Below are positions 37,206 through 49,325 of a DNA stretch of 64,000 nt, piece after piece. This stretch comes from Selaginella moellendorffii (Eukaryota; Plantae; Lycopodiophyta). The position numbers and the translations under genes are program-made. Location: positions 585,889 to 649,888 of the forward strand of contig NW_003314328.1 of NCBI RefSeq assembly GCF_000143415.4. Direction: 5' to 3'. The notes below the pieces were generated by a model. That model had not been told where the DNA came from, did not search any database, and worked only from the letters and a program-made list of their open reading frames with translations. The number at the start of each line of letters is the position of its first letter. Position 1 is the first letter of the stretch.

Positions 37206-39366
37206 ACTCCAAAGTTTCAAAATCACTCCACTCAAAAGTTTCAAAGTCACTTGTATAGCCTTTGCAAAGCTCTTCCAAAATCCACTAGTGAACTTTGAAT
37301 TTCGATCACTAACGATGTCTTTCGGCAAACCAAAATCAGGAAAAACCTTCTCAAGGTAAACTACAACTAAGTCTGAGGTAGTGACAGTCTTCTGAAGTGC
37401 CAACAACCGCACATACTTCATCAACCAATCCACTAACAAAGTGATAAAGTCCATAGAGATATTACACCAATGGCTCTAAGGAATAGATAAAGGTTGCAAA
37501 AGCCCCCCCAACTTCTCTCATGGCACCTTAACCCACTGACAGAGCTCGCATGATTTATAATACTTGAGGATATATGCCTTCATATTCCTCCAATAAGAAT
37601 TGTGCTTAATCAACTCATACGTCTTCTTGCCCCCAAAATGACCAGCCTCTGGACAATCATGACAGTGGAAAATAAACTTGAGTAATTAATGCATCCACCC
37701 GTGGCAAATATACACAGCCTTGTAATAAAGAATCCTATCCACCAATGAGAAAGATGTTTCCATCTAGTCTTGCAAAGAGGCCATCTTAGCATCTTGAGCC
37801 TGAGCTCAACCAACTGCCTAAACTCACTGACCACTTTACTTAAATGATGACAAAATTGTTTTTATAATGCCATCACATGATACATACGAAATAAAGCATT
37901 TGCCACTATATTTGATTTTCTTAGACGATGCTCAATAGAAAACTCCCCAAACTTTATGAGTTTGACCACCCAACGAACTTGCCTAGTGTTTAACTCTTTT
38001 TGTGTGAAAAGATACACAAGAGGTTTATAATCCATCAACACCACAAACACTGCACTATAAAGATAGTGCTGCCACGTTTGCAAAGCATGAACTATAAAGA
38101 GTAACTTTTTCTCATATATGGAATAGTGTTGCTTTGAGGGATTTTGATGGATTAGCAAGGTAAAGTACTAAAGCTTCACTCAACAAGTGTTTCAACACCA
38201 TAAAACTCTCCTATTGTGGCTTCTTCCACTCGAATGGCATGTTCTTGCACAACCATGTCAAAGGAATAGCCACCTCTACAAACTTATGCTGGAAATATTA
38301 GTAGTAACTAGCTATACCAAAGAAACTATATAACTTGGCCATTATAGTCGATGTAGGCCAATTCTCCACCACAGCCACCTTCTTTGGATCCATATTGAGA
38401 TATCATAATATGGTCTAGATATTCCACTTCTAACTTTACAAACTCACATTTGCTCTTCTTCACATAATGTTTGCTGTCACAAAGTAATAAAAGAACCTTG
38501 TGTAAATGCACCTTATGCTCTTCCATATTTTTGCTGAAAATATCGAAGTTCTGTGCGAGTATTATCTACATTATAGGGAGGGGCAAAACGTAAACAAAAA
38601 GCAAACTCAAACTCATCCATGGTAAACACTGGTGGTTTCTTATCCACAACACGAGACTCCTCAAGCCAATTCCACCATTGAAGACCTGTATCATGCAAAA
38701 CCATTTGAATAGCCACTAAAGCCTCTACATCTAGAGTTCTCTAGCAGCCAAGAACTTCTTCACATTGGCTAGCCAAGCAAGACACTCATCCACACCACCA
38801 TCATTGGAAAAGGTTGGAATCTTGAGTCAATCTACTAAGGAAGGCTTACTTGAAGTGCTACCACGTCCAACCTCAAGTGCGCTCAAGCATGGTATCCATC
38901 ATGCCATACATTTCATTTTGCATCTTTTGCTGATTTCAATTAAAGGTTCACAGCTCATGAACAACATCTTGAATGGTCTAAACCTTTGCATCTCTATTGG
39001 AATCATCTTCAGCACCACCATTAACAATAGAATTCTAGTGTTTAAGTTGGTCGACCATTGCAACCAACTCTTCTGATACCAATGTTATGATTTGGCACGA
39101 AAAGACAAAGATTTAGTCTTCCTAGACTACACTATGCCTCCTCTTGAGGTTCCTCACCACCCAACCACCCTTGAGCTACCTCAAAAGCTCCACTACACTG
39201 CCAAGTTCTTTACCCTAATATGCCTTAATATACTTTTAAGCCTCCCTTTAACCGATGTTGATCACGTGGTCAAAATTAGTGCATAATAGTGCTTCTATCC
39301 CTTTGCTCCTTAGGCTGAATGCTCAGGTGTCACTTCATGCTCTAAATCCTTTACTCCTTAGCTACA
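37206..39366 (-). mobile_element. Internally deleted chromovirus-type Gypsy remnant (gag, partial RT, RNase H, integrase; Met PBS; 5' LTR from 39083)
   Basis: gag LQWWNWLE..EFEFAFCLRF joined directly to RT MEEHKVHL..KKSKCEF; RNase H YSIYEKKLLFIVHALQTWQHYL..NIVANAL; integrase GLPKDIVSDRNSKFTSGFWKS; tctgatacca|a|tgttatg at 39072-39089. LTR right end uncertain. Confidence 0.85.
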
Positions 39367-39399
39367 AGTTTGGGAGTTTGGCTACATACTTTCATTTAG

Positions 39400-39989
39400 T
39401 GGGATGAATCGTATGACGCTCTCAGAAGGGTCTACCAGCATGCAGCACGATTCGTGCTCAGCCACTGCACCACACAAGGCTCAACTTTACGAAGTACTGC
39501 CAGTACCAAAGGAACAAAGCTCCAAGATCTGATTCATGCCCAGCAGATGGCATCAAGTTGCCCGACTTGATCTTCCGTCCAGGCACTATGTTTTTCACGG
39601 ATAATGCATACGAGAGCTGTGACATCTATGTGGAGATCAAAGACGACCTCTCCAAGCTTGAAGAGGCACACGGCCAGGTTCTGGACAGGGCCGAGAAGGG
39701 TCGGAAAGGTGCTCGAGTTGAAAGGAAGGTGGTGCTGGGCGCTGCATCCACAGGTTTGCTGTTCGAATTGATGTTTGTGTTCATAGATGTTTGCCAAGGT
39801 AGCCGTGCCATCATAGTGGCAGGTTTGGAGATCTCTGAAATGGGCAAGGGTATAGTTTGGGATTGCCAGAGCTCCTCTTCCAGGTTTCTGTGCCATGCAC
39901 ATAGAAGCAGTTTCACTTTCAAGGCAGGAGCTAGTGTGCTAAAGCTGGGCCTTCCCGCAAGATCCCGTAAGAGAGGGCGAGCAGTATAA
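39400..39989 (+). pseudogene. Crinkler/PD-(D/E)xK restriction-endonuclease-like domain fragment
   Basis: GIKLPDLIFRP...CDIYVEIKDDLSKLEEAHGQVLDRAEK...KVVLGAASTG; no start codon, 5' side cut by the adjacent LTR. Confidence 0.4.
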
Positions 39990-40127
39990 ATGTAATCGAT
40001 CAGAGGATTAAAGCGAAATATTTGGTCAACTATAACGTCAACGATCAACAAACTAATACTTAAACCCTTCTCTTTAAAAACATAGCGCTATCCCTCGAGT
40101 TGTGGAGAACAAAACCAAGCTATCTTT

Positions 40128-42290
40128 TTACAACTTTTTGCGTGCCAGGAGCAAGCTGTGAACGAAGGCGATGGCGATCTCCCTGGACCGGCTGTCGTGC
40201 GATTGCACCAGCTGCATCAGCTTGGACGGCTTGCAATGCTGCGCGATGAAGTCGCTACACGTCTGGTCCGCCTCCATGCAGCACAGCAGGATCACCATCA
40301 CGCTCACTTGCTCTTCGGGCGTCTCGGACTCGAGGCACTGGAGGAGATACGGTGCAGCCCCCTCGGACACCTTGGCGATCGCGCAAAGGTCGAAAGAGAC
40401 GAGCTGCTCCAAGAGAAAGATCGCCGCTGCTCTTGGAGCCCGGAGGGCCGGAGAGGTCCGATCCACCACAACCTGTTCCTGGAGGACTTCCACGAGCGCG
40501 GGGACGAGCTGGAGAGCCTCGAGCTCTGGCGAGGGGAGCTTGAGCAAGTAGAGAAGAACCACTGCCTGTGGAATCCTGCCTTGTTGGAGAGTCTTGCTCA
40601 CCCATCCGAGACTTGGGTCGTAGTCTACTATCCGCCGCCGAACAGCCTCGTTGTTGTGGACGAACTCGGTTAGCAGGCAAACCGCTGTTCTTTGCGTTTG
40701 CAGGGACTTGGACGTAACCATGAACTCCATCATGACATCGATGACTACCGGCTTGGTCAAGAAGGCTTCGAGACGAGGATTGCCTTTGGATTCCATCCAG
40801 ACGCGGGCAATGACTGGAACAACTTGCTCGCAATCTTGGAGGTTCTCGACGGAACACAACGTTGCAACGGCTTTCCTCAGATCCTCCATATTCTTCGAAG
40901 TATCAAGCTTTATCGGTGTCTCGGCCAGGGGTATCTTTTTGTCCGTAGAATTTTCCGTAGACGAGAAAGGCGAGGATTGGCTGCATGAAAGCAATACTGG
41001 TGTTATCCTCAAGGGACAGACGGGAAAGTAGAAGAAAAACTACTCACCTCACAGTCGAATAGGCTGGTGATCCATTGTCCTACAGAACCGTATATATATT
41101 GAGAAAAGAAAAATGCCAAGTTGCCAAACATACCATTTCACTTCCGGACCGTACTCTCCAAGAGCCAAGTTCATTACCGTTCGACATTGATGGCTTCTTT
41201 GTCTGAAACGATAACGTTTATTCAGCGGGAATGATCTAGATTTAGTTAGGTACCTCCTTCGGTGTTGTCGGAGATTCCATAATATTTCCAATACTCGGGC
41301 AAACGTTTTCCTTCGCCTTCGTTTTGTTTCTACAAAAAGAAAGAGAACGAGAGAGAGTAAGCTTAGCCAGCAGAAACTTGAAAGGCCTTACCGTTCAGAC
41401 GGTGCCACCAAATTGCTCCTTGATAAAAACTCTCGCTGCACGTATTGAAGCCGAATTTGAGGAGTTTTCACAGACGGGAACTTCAAGGTGCCGCCTTTGC
41501 GGTGTTGAGAGATCGCATACTGATAAAAACCCGCAAAAGCCTTCGTGTTCTCGTCCAGAGATTCCTGATAAAGACTCCTGAGAACATGTAGTTTTTCCTC
41601 ACGCTCAAGGCACAGCTGGTCCAGAGGTCCCGATCGAGCACTAGACGGGTGAAGCTGATGCCAAAAGCCTTTCAAGTCTGTATACAGCGCCTCAATCGAA
41701 TAAGACGACTGCCGTGGAGAAATCTTTCCGGAGGAAGGCACCTTCTGTGTCGACGGATTTCCGGTCTCCTTGCTATACCACTCCTCCAACTTGGAAAACC
41801 GAGGGAGAAATAACTGCTTCCAGAGGGTGGGAGCGAACTCACTTCGCGAGATGCGAGGACCAACGTTGAACATCTGGAGGATGTGCCAAGCCACTTTGTA
41901 AGGATTGTGTCGCACCAGCCAGACCAGAGCCAGGTACAAGTGTGCCGACGCCGAGACGAAAGAATTCCGAGACCTTCCCAGCAGCTTGAGGTACCTGACT
42001 GCTCGCTCGAGCTCTTCACCGTGGACATCCTTCACAGAAAGGACGGCCTTTTCGAAACCATCGACAGCCCAGCTGAGATTCGCGTGCTCGGCGTGTTCAT
42101 GGTAGCTACCATTGGCCGCGTTCTGCCTCGCGAGATGCTTGAGCCACTCACGGTCTTGCGAATTCCTGAGAAGGGTCTTGGCGTAACCATTCGCGATCGA
42201 GACCACTGCTTTCAGCAACGCTGCACCGTCTCGGAGCTTCCCATTCTCGACGATGGACTCGTGAGACAATCTCTCTCGTAGAGGAGCCAT
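40128..42290 (-). CDS. LIN/CERBERUS-like protein (N-terminal domain plus ARM-like region); no U-box visible, ends before any WD40 region, possibly a truncated copy
   Basis: SASAHLYLALVW..HILQMF..SRSEFAPTLWKQLFLP..WYSKE and LYQESLDENTKAFA match the LIN N-terminus; EDLRKAVATLC..LQDCEQVV..IARVW..LTKPVVID matches the region after the LIN U-box. Exons about 42290-41392, two small exons within 41300-41048, and about 41010-40128. Confidence 0.75.
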
Positions 42291-42821
42291 CGTGAATCTG
42301 GAAAAAAAAAAAAAAAACAGAGAGAAGAGAGAAAATTCAGCTCAGAATGGTGAAGAGAATTGCGAGAGACTTACAATTGGTTGAGACTTGAAATCGCGGT
42401 CCGGGTTCCCACCAATCGCTCGACCTGGTAGAAGAAGAAAGGATCAGGCCAACGAAATCTAGCGATTTCCCTCCAGATTCAAACCGGAGATAAAGAAACA
42501 AGGGAAAGCAAACAAGAGCGTAAAAAAATCACGCACAGGGCCTCAGCCGGTCAGGATTCCCGTGACAAGAATCTAGGTTTCCTCAACCAAGATCCCTGAT
42601 TTCGAATGGCGACGAAACGGATTCTTCCGCGCACGTTACGTACCTCCGCCGCCAGCGTCGCCTTGCCCGTGCCAGCGCCGCCATCGTCATGGCTTCCTCA
42701 ACGCTCGCCCGTCCTAGCTCGAAAATATAAACAAGAAACCAAAATAGGGTTCTTCCACAAAATGGCGGGAAAAATTCGAAACCAAGCATATCCACAACAC
42801 TGCACAGAGAATATTCGTTTT

Positions 42822-43926
42822 TCAAAGCTGGAAGGTTGAGAGGATCCATCCTCTCGCGGCAGACTGCGCAAATGGAATGTAGCTGAGACTGTACCTGGAA
42901 AAAAAAAACCAAGAAGAAAACGATGATGGTTTCAAACAATCAACATTGTCACTGGATTTTTTATTTACCAGATTAGAGCGAACGCCTGGATGATGATGGA
43001 TAAGATCGTGAGCAATCGATCGTGGAGCTGGAAGAAAGGAAAAAATAAATTTGGAGTGTTAGTAGAGAACCTTCCAGCGATGGAAGAAAAAATCAAAGCA
43101 ATCTAGTGATTTTACATGGAGAGCACAGAAGAGGGCTAGGAAGATACTGAAAATGTAGATGGCGGTGGAAAGAATGCGCACGGGATCAAACATCATGTCC
43201 AGTTGCTTCCTTGGTCCGACCAAAAATCCTGTACTGATGGAGACATTTCACGAGCAAAAAAAAAAAACATAAACGAGTGAGAGAGCTCAAGCTAAAGTTT
43301 CTAGAACAAGCTCAATCAAACTGGAGAGAAAGATCGAAGTATAAGAATGAATTAGAGGAGGAGAGTGGAAAGATCCACAAGGAGTGAAGATCACTAGAAA
43401 ATGAAGAAGTGAAGATCACTAGAAGAGAGGAGTAGAAAGATCCACAAGGAGTGAAGATCACTAAAAGAGGAGTGGAAAGATCCACAAGGAGTGAAGATCA
43501 CTAGAAGGAAGGAAAGAGTGAGCAAAAGAACAAACCTTCCCAAAGACAAGAGATTGCCAATGGTGAAAGTGATAGCAAACTTCGTAGGCCGGAAGAACAC
43601 CAGAGAAGACTGGAAGAAAAAGTATAAAAAGTTTTAGCTTTGATCGATCAAACTAGATAGAGATTACCAGGAAGGAGCAGAAGATTCCCAGGCTCAGGCA
43701 CGCTACAAACCCATACGCTCGCTGCGATCAATCGATCAATCGGTTTGAAGCTGTGACGAGGAATGGATCAATCGATCGCACAGCGAATCCATACCTGGCG
43801 CGCCGTGAGCTTCCATCCCTGCTCGAATGTCGGAATGAGCGATTCTTCCTCGTCCGGGAGCTCCTCATCCGCCGGGAAGCCGACGAAGTTCCTGAGCCTG
43901 CCCACAGCGCTACTCACTCTGTCCAT
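42822..43926 (-). CDS. SFT2: SFT2/Got1-family vesicle transport protein, 6 exons
   Basis: MDRVSSAVGRLRNFVG...LTARQ|RAYGFVACLSLGIFCSFL|SSLVFFRPTKFAITFTIGNLLSLG|STGFLVGPRKQLDMMFDPVRI..|LHDRLLTIL..|WYSLSYIPFAQSA..FQL*; canonical splice sites. Confidence 0.92.
43355..43510. repeat. Tandem repeat of about 40 bp (about 3.5 copies) in SFT2 intron 3
   Basis: gagtggaaagatccacaaggagtgaagatcacta repeated; the intron is about 300 nt versus 50-80 nt for its neighbours. Confidence 0.9.
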
Positions 43927-43967
43927 GGAAAAATGGGAAGAACCCTAAAATACAGTAGCCAAAAGCT
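43927..43967. promoter_or_regulatory. 41-bp spacer between divergent start codons, containing a telo-box-like aaccctaa
   Basis: Minus-strand ATG at 43926, plus-strand ATG at 43968; aaccctaa at 43941-43948. Confidence 0.6.
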
Positions 43968-45401
43968 ATGGCGTGGCGCCTTCTCGTGAGCGATGGCGCT
44001 GTGCAACCACTGGATCCAGGACACGCAGCGTCTTTCCTCAAGACGAAGCCGCAAGGTCAGTGATTCGATGGATCGCTCCATCGATCGATCTTGCCAGGAA
44101 ATGTTTTTCTCTTTCTCGTTCCATTCCAATGCAGGCGCATACACGACGACCAGGACAGTGGATGGAGCTTCGTGCTTGCTTCTATGGGAGAGGCATCTCG
44201 CGCGGCTCGCGCAATCCTTGCATATCATGCGGAAGAAGGCAATCGATCAAAGAGCTCTCACGAAACTGGTGAATCCATCGCTTTATGCTGGATTGGAGGA
44301 AGCGCTGGCGAGAAGATCCGATGAAGAGGAGCTGGTTGTGACTGTTCTTGCTTGTAATAAGGATGAGGTACGTGAAAGAAAGAACAAAGGTTTAGAGATT
44401 TTTCTTTTTCTTCCAGGGACCACTGCAAATATCTGTTCATATCACTGGCCTCGTCCCGGCTTCCACTGTTCCAGCACAAGTTTCTGTCATGGGTCCTAGT
44501 CGTGAAACTCCTCTTGCAAAATCTTCGCAGTGGGTCAGGTAAGAGCTCTCTATAATTTCCTTGAAAAGCATAAGCTTGCCATTCTTTCTCTCGCAGGACA
44601 CGGCAAGTTTTGGAGCAATGCATGCCCAAGAGCACTGCCGAAGTGATTCTCTCGAACGATGGACGGCATTTGCTCGAGGGGCTCGTGACGAACTTCTTCG
44701 TTGTCTTGAGCACGTAAGTCTGTTTCTCTGGGTTGATGTTCTTTTCTAAGATTTTCTCTTGCTATAGTTTCCAGTGTCGGTGAAGGGTCGAGATGCGTCG
44801 TCCAGACAGCAGCGCTTGGGAATGGCGTGCTACCCGGGACGGTCAGACAGCTTGTCATCGAGTAACAATTCGAAGTTTTGTCGAACTCACCCAAGCTCCC
44901 GTGTTTTCCATTCTTTCAACTCTAGAATTTGCTCGGAGAAGAACATTCCGGTTCTCGAAGGCTCACCATCTTGGGACGAGCGCTACCTCTGGAAAGAAGC
45001 GTTTGTGACGAGTAAGAATCTCGCTGTATTTTCCGAGTTTTCACGTCCGTCCTTTGTATCAGGCAGCGTGAGACTGATCCAACCTGTGAGCGAAATCCAA
45101 ATGCCAATGCCATGGAACGCAAGCTTCGATCCGGCGCAGTGGAATCCAAACCACTGGGATACTTTATCTCTCAAGGTAGAGCTTTTCCACGCAAAACTTC
45201 CTTGTGCTACTAACATTGTTCTCTTTTCTCAACTCTCAGGCTCCCGGCAGCGTCACAAAGATACTACAGGTCTGTGTTCTTGTTCTTGAAGAAAAAGTTG
45301 TTCCATTTTTTCATGTCTTAAAAGAAGTTCTACAGAAGGAAGTGCTCGCGCGGGCAAAGTACCATGGCAGCTATGTCAGTAACTTAATCCCAGGAGGTTA
45401 A
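43968..45401 (+). CDS. Class IV PLP-dependent aminotransferase-like protein (D-amino acid aminotransferase-like, At3g54970-like), about 9 exons
   Basis: MAWRLLVSDG...PQ|GAYTTTRT..LLWERHLARL, RETPLAKSSQWV, LSNDGRHLLEGLVTNFFVV, VQTAALGNGVLPGTVRQLVIE, WKEAFVTSSVRLIQPV, APGSVT; splices in frame. Confidence 0.9.
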
Positions 45402-46698
45402 TTACTGGTTTAGGGGCTAGATGCTATCAGTTTCTTTGTATATGTAGTTTGTTCATACACAAGATCACAGTTCTTGTGTGCCGTTTCATAGTGAGCGGTA
45501 TAAGATGTACTTCTTATAGTGGACTTGGGCGAGTCTGTGGGACGGAAGCTCCTTGCGTTCGAAATGCAAAGACGAGCTTGCAAAAGCAGGATTTGTTGCA
45601 AAGAAGCACGGCTTGTCGTGAAAGCTTACTCTGTCCCGAGGTTTGTCACTCTTTGCCAGGTAGTTCTTGGGACTTCGAAGTAGTTCCCTGGAGAAATTGA
45701 AGGGTGTTCTTGCATTTAGTTATGATGAGAATTCGGCCTGAATATAATGGTTTCTTCCAGGACCTTTAGCTTCACGCTCTTGGCTGCACCCACAAAGAGT
45801 TAAATGGCCAGAATGTTCTTTAGCGTTTGATGACGAATTGTGCAATGATGGTTCACGGGTAAGCCTGTTCCCACCATTAGCTATTATCTTAAAAGTCATT
45901 AATTAAGAGTTTTATGAATTTTTTGGTTTGCTTAAGCAAACTTGTAAGGAGTGGATATATTTAAAATATGTTTGAACATTCTAGGATATTCTACCATTTA
46001 ATGGTTGTTATTCATTTAGATTAATTTTATATTATTCATTTATATTTTATATTAATCCCTATGTAAAGATCCAAAAAGATTGCAATGGGAGCATAAGAAA
46101 AAAAAAATCCAGCATCAAAGTATTTTCAAGCATTCTAAATAAACAATTAATGGATTGGAAAAACTAAAATTTTTTATTGACTTAGCATTTTTTACAAATA
46201 TAGATGGAGAGGATGTGTTAAGGTAACCTTCCAGCAATGAGATAGTCTCCATTGTAATTTACAATTTCTTCAATTATCATATTTTTTAAGAAATAATTTG
46301 GCCCAAACCAAAAATAACTTTGTATTTTATGAGGATCATTATATTGCTCTCTTCATGATCAAACAAAATTTACCTTCAATATATTATCTTATAATTTTAT
46401 TATTATATCAAGTTTAATTTACATTTTACTTACTATTTCTAGCTTATTAAATTCAAACATATTGATGTGTTTAGAAACCAAAATATTATAAAATTAAATA
46501 AAATTTAAACATTTGTATTCACATTAAGAAACATAGATTTTATTTTTTATTTTTTATAAGTAAATTTATCCTAGAATAGCCATCTGGGAATTCCATATAA
46601 CTTTTTTTATTATAATTATATATGTTTATTATTTAATAGTCTGTTAAAAATATGGATCAATTAATATTATGCTTAATAGAGTGTAAACTTAATTTGAA

Positions 46699-47571
46699 AT
46701 GGTTCTAAATAAGTTTCTAGTGTTTTTGTATTTTTACATAAATATAGCATGTGGGATAAATATAGATTGGGGAGTAAAAGGAGTTCTTAGTGAGCAAGAT
46801 GTTCAAAATATAATTGATCATGGTTTTTTTAATTTAACAAAGAAAGTAAAATTTAATCTTATCTATCTAGAAAATTATAAAGATGCAAGAATGGTTGATG
46901 TTAGCAAAGGTGTAATTTTTGTAAGGATTGAACGTTTAGGAATAAATTGTAAATCTGGAAAATTAAAAACAAAATATGTATATGGTACCATAATAAGAGA
47001 TGGTTTAATATATACAATTAATAAATATAAATCATTATTATTATCACAACAAGCAGATAAATGTAAAATAACATTAACAAATCATATAATTGAGTATAGT
47101 CTCCAGTTTATGTGGAGTCCTCAAAATTTATTTCCATTTTCTTATAAATATATTTATTCTAGTGAAAAAGATTGTGATACAAGTTTAACCACTTTAAATT
47201 CTGGTTTTAAAGATTTCCGTTTATTAAAAGGCAACTTTATAGTATCATCTAATGGTAGAAATATATTATACTTAACATCAAATTGCCAGCTTGTATTTTT
47301 TTCAGGTAAAAATCTCTTATGGGAATCTGAAAATATTTCCTTTTTTGAAGGTAATTGTGAACTTATCTTGCAAACTGATGGAAGTCTTGTTATATATACT
47401 GAAATAAACCAAGTGTTATGGTCTATTGAAAAATATTGCAACAAATGCATTTTTCTTACATATATTACCATTGAAGATGACTGTAGCTTTATGATATATG
47501 AAGCTGTAGCTCCAAACCTTATTTGGTGGGGAAGAATTTTTACAAATCATATAGGCTGCAATAAGGATTGA
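46699..47571 (+). CDS. Secreted protein with a C-terminal bulb-type (GNA-like) lectin domain and an unknown N-terminal domain, intronless, 290 aa
   Basis: Hydrophobic signal-like N-terminus; L..G..IVSSNGR..L.LTSNCQLV...LLWES..CELILQTDGSLVIY....VLWS...IEDDCSFMIY three-subdomain pattern. Confidence 0.8.
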   Translation: MVLNKFLVFLYFYINIACGINIDWGVKGVLSEQDVQNIIDHGFFNLTKKVKFNLIYLENYKDARMVDVSKGVIFVRIERLGINCKSGKLKTKYVYGTIIRDGLIYTINKYKSLLLSQQADKCKITLTNHIIEYSLQFMWSPQNLFPFSYKYIYSSEKDCDTSLTTLNSGFKDFRLLKGNFIVSSNGRNILYLTSNCQLVFFSGKNLLWESENISFFEGNCELILQTDGSLVIYTEINQVLWSIEKYCNKCIFLTYITIEDDCSFMIYEAVAPNLIWWGRIFTNHIGCNKD

Positions 47572-47982
47572 ATCTCTTAACATGAAATTTATTTTATTTC
47601 TAAATTACTTTTGAAGTATAACTTCAATTCTAGCAATTTCTAGAGTACCACTACCACCTGTCTTAGTCCTAATCTAATAGGCCTATATAAATGTTTAAAA
47701 AAAAGTTTTTTTATCAAACAGCATATAAGTAGTACATAAGAAATGTTTATCCAAATTTTTGTATTAAATAAAGATGATGCTTGGGGGTGCACAAAATATG
47801 TAGAGGAAACACACTATTTTAACCCCTTTACTGCTAACATACAATCAAGATCACTCCATATAATTGTTTGGAATGACCATTGCACAATTTTGAATTTAAT
47901 AATTGTAGTTTCATACAAACTACACTCATTCCAAAGGCAACCTTATTGACTTTGAGAGAGGAGCAAAATGATGCTCTCCCTT

Positions 47983-48376
47983 AAGAGTTTAAGAAAGTTT
48001 ATAAAAAAATTGAGCTATCAATGGCTCTTAACTTCCTTATTCTTCTTTTAAGAGAATTTGAGATTGCTATAAGTTACTAGCAGGCAGCAATGATACCATC
48101 TCTATTGACAAAATGGAATTCATCTAGTAAATTGAACATGCATCATTAAGTTCTTTATTGCTGTACACTACTTTCAAATTGAGGTTGCAAAAAAAATAGT
48201 AAATACATTTCTTACAAGAAGAATAGAAACTTGAGGTTTGTCTTGGATGAAAACCCTAAAAAAGAAGCCGTTGCTTATTGGCATTTTGGGATGTCTAAGT
48301 AAGTTGAAACAATGCCAAATTTGATATATTTTATTTGATAGCTCAATTTATAATTTATAAACTTTCTTAAACTCTT
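47983..48376. mobile_element. MITE-like element with terminal inverted repeats of about 39 bp
   Basis: aagagtttaagaaagtttataaa..aattgagctatcaa (47983-48021) is inverted at 48335-48376; no clear TSD. Confidence 0.55.
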
Positions 48377-49325
48377 TGTAGTATATTCTTTTTTATTCTA
48401 TCATTTAATGGTTGATATGCAATAAGATTAATCTTGGGTTTATAAATTACAAATATGCTTATAATTATAAACTTTATTTGATCAATTAAATTAATAAGTA
48501 AGAATAACACTACTATTAAGCAAACCAAGTATTGCTACATGCAACATGTATTATAGTTTTCTAAACTAAAAACATTTTAAATTAAGACCTAATATTTATA
48601 TGAGTTTTCTTATTTATATACCTAGTTTTATATCTAATATGTTTGCTTCCTTCTAGTGTATATCAAACATCTCTTTCTTATATGTAAGCCATCTTCATTT
48701 ATTTTTATTCAATTTTTTGGAATAAAATGTGGTAGGACAACCACATTACCTTAGTGTAATATCAATCATATTATCATACTCTTGTTACACCATGGCATCA
48801 ATGACATAGCCAAATGTAACATTATGCACTTCAAACAATTTATGAAGTTTTGGGATCTTAAGAATAAAAACCAAAATGCATCATTATACATTTTGAAGTG
48901 TTTATCAAGATTTAGATTTTGAGAATAAGAACCGTAGTTAAAATCTCCTTCAACTGTACAAAAGAACTTTAACAAGTTAGTGTTCAATGAATGGTATACT
49001 ACCCTTCACTAACTTACTCAATGGAAGAGCAATATTTACAAAATTGTAAATAAACTTGTGATGTTATCTTTAAAAAGGCTTTAGATCCATCTCAATTATA
49101 CCACCATCAATTATATGCTTGTGAGTGCTTGGAATATGGAAAGGGAATACAGAAATGTGCATATTAATTAACCCAAAAACCCTAGCTTATATACAAGAGC
49201 GAGTGGTCTAGATTGAAACAATCCGACGGCTATTAAAATCCCACTACGCTAATATTAGTATACGGCATCGTAACCGTACACTTGGCCTTCACATCATCCC
49301 CTTCTCTTAGGATAATGGAAGACCA

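Noticed and set aside
40158-42281. Long plus-strand ORFs opposite the LIN-like gene
   Set aside because: Antisense shadows of GC-rich coding sequence.
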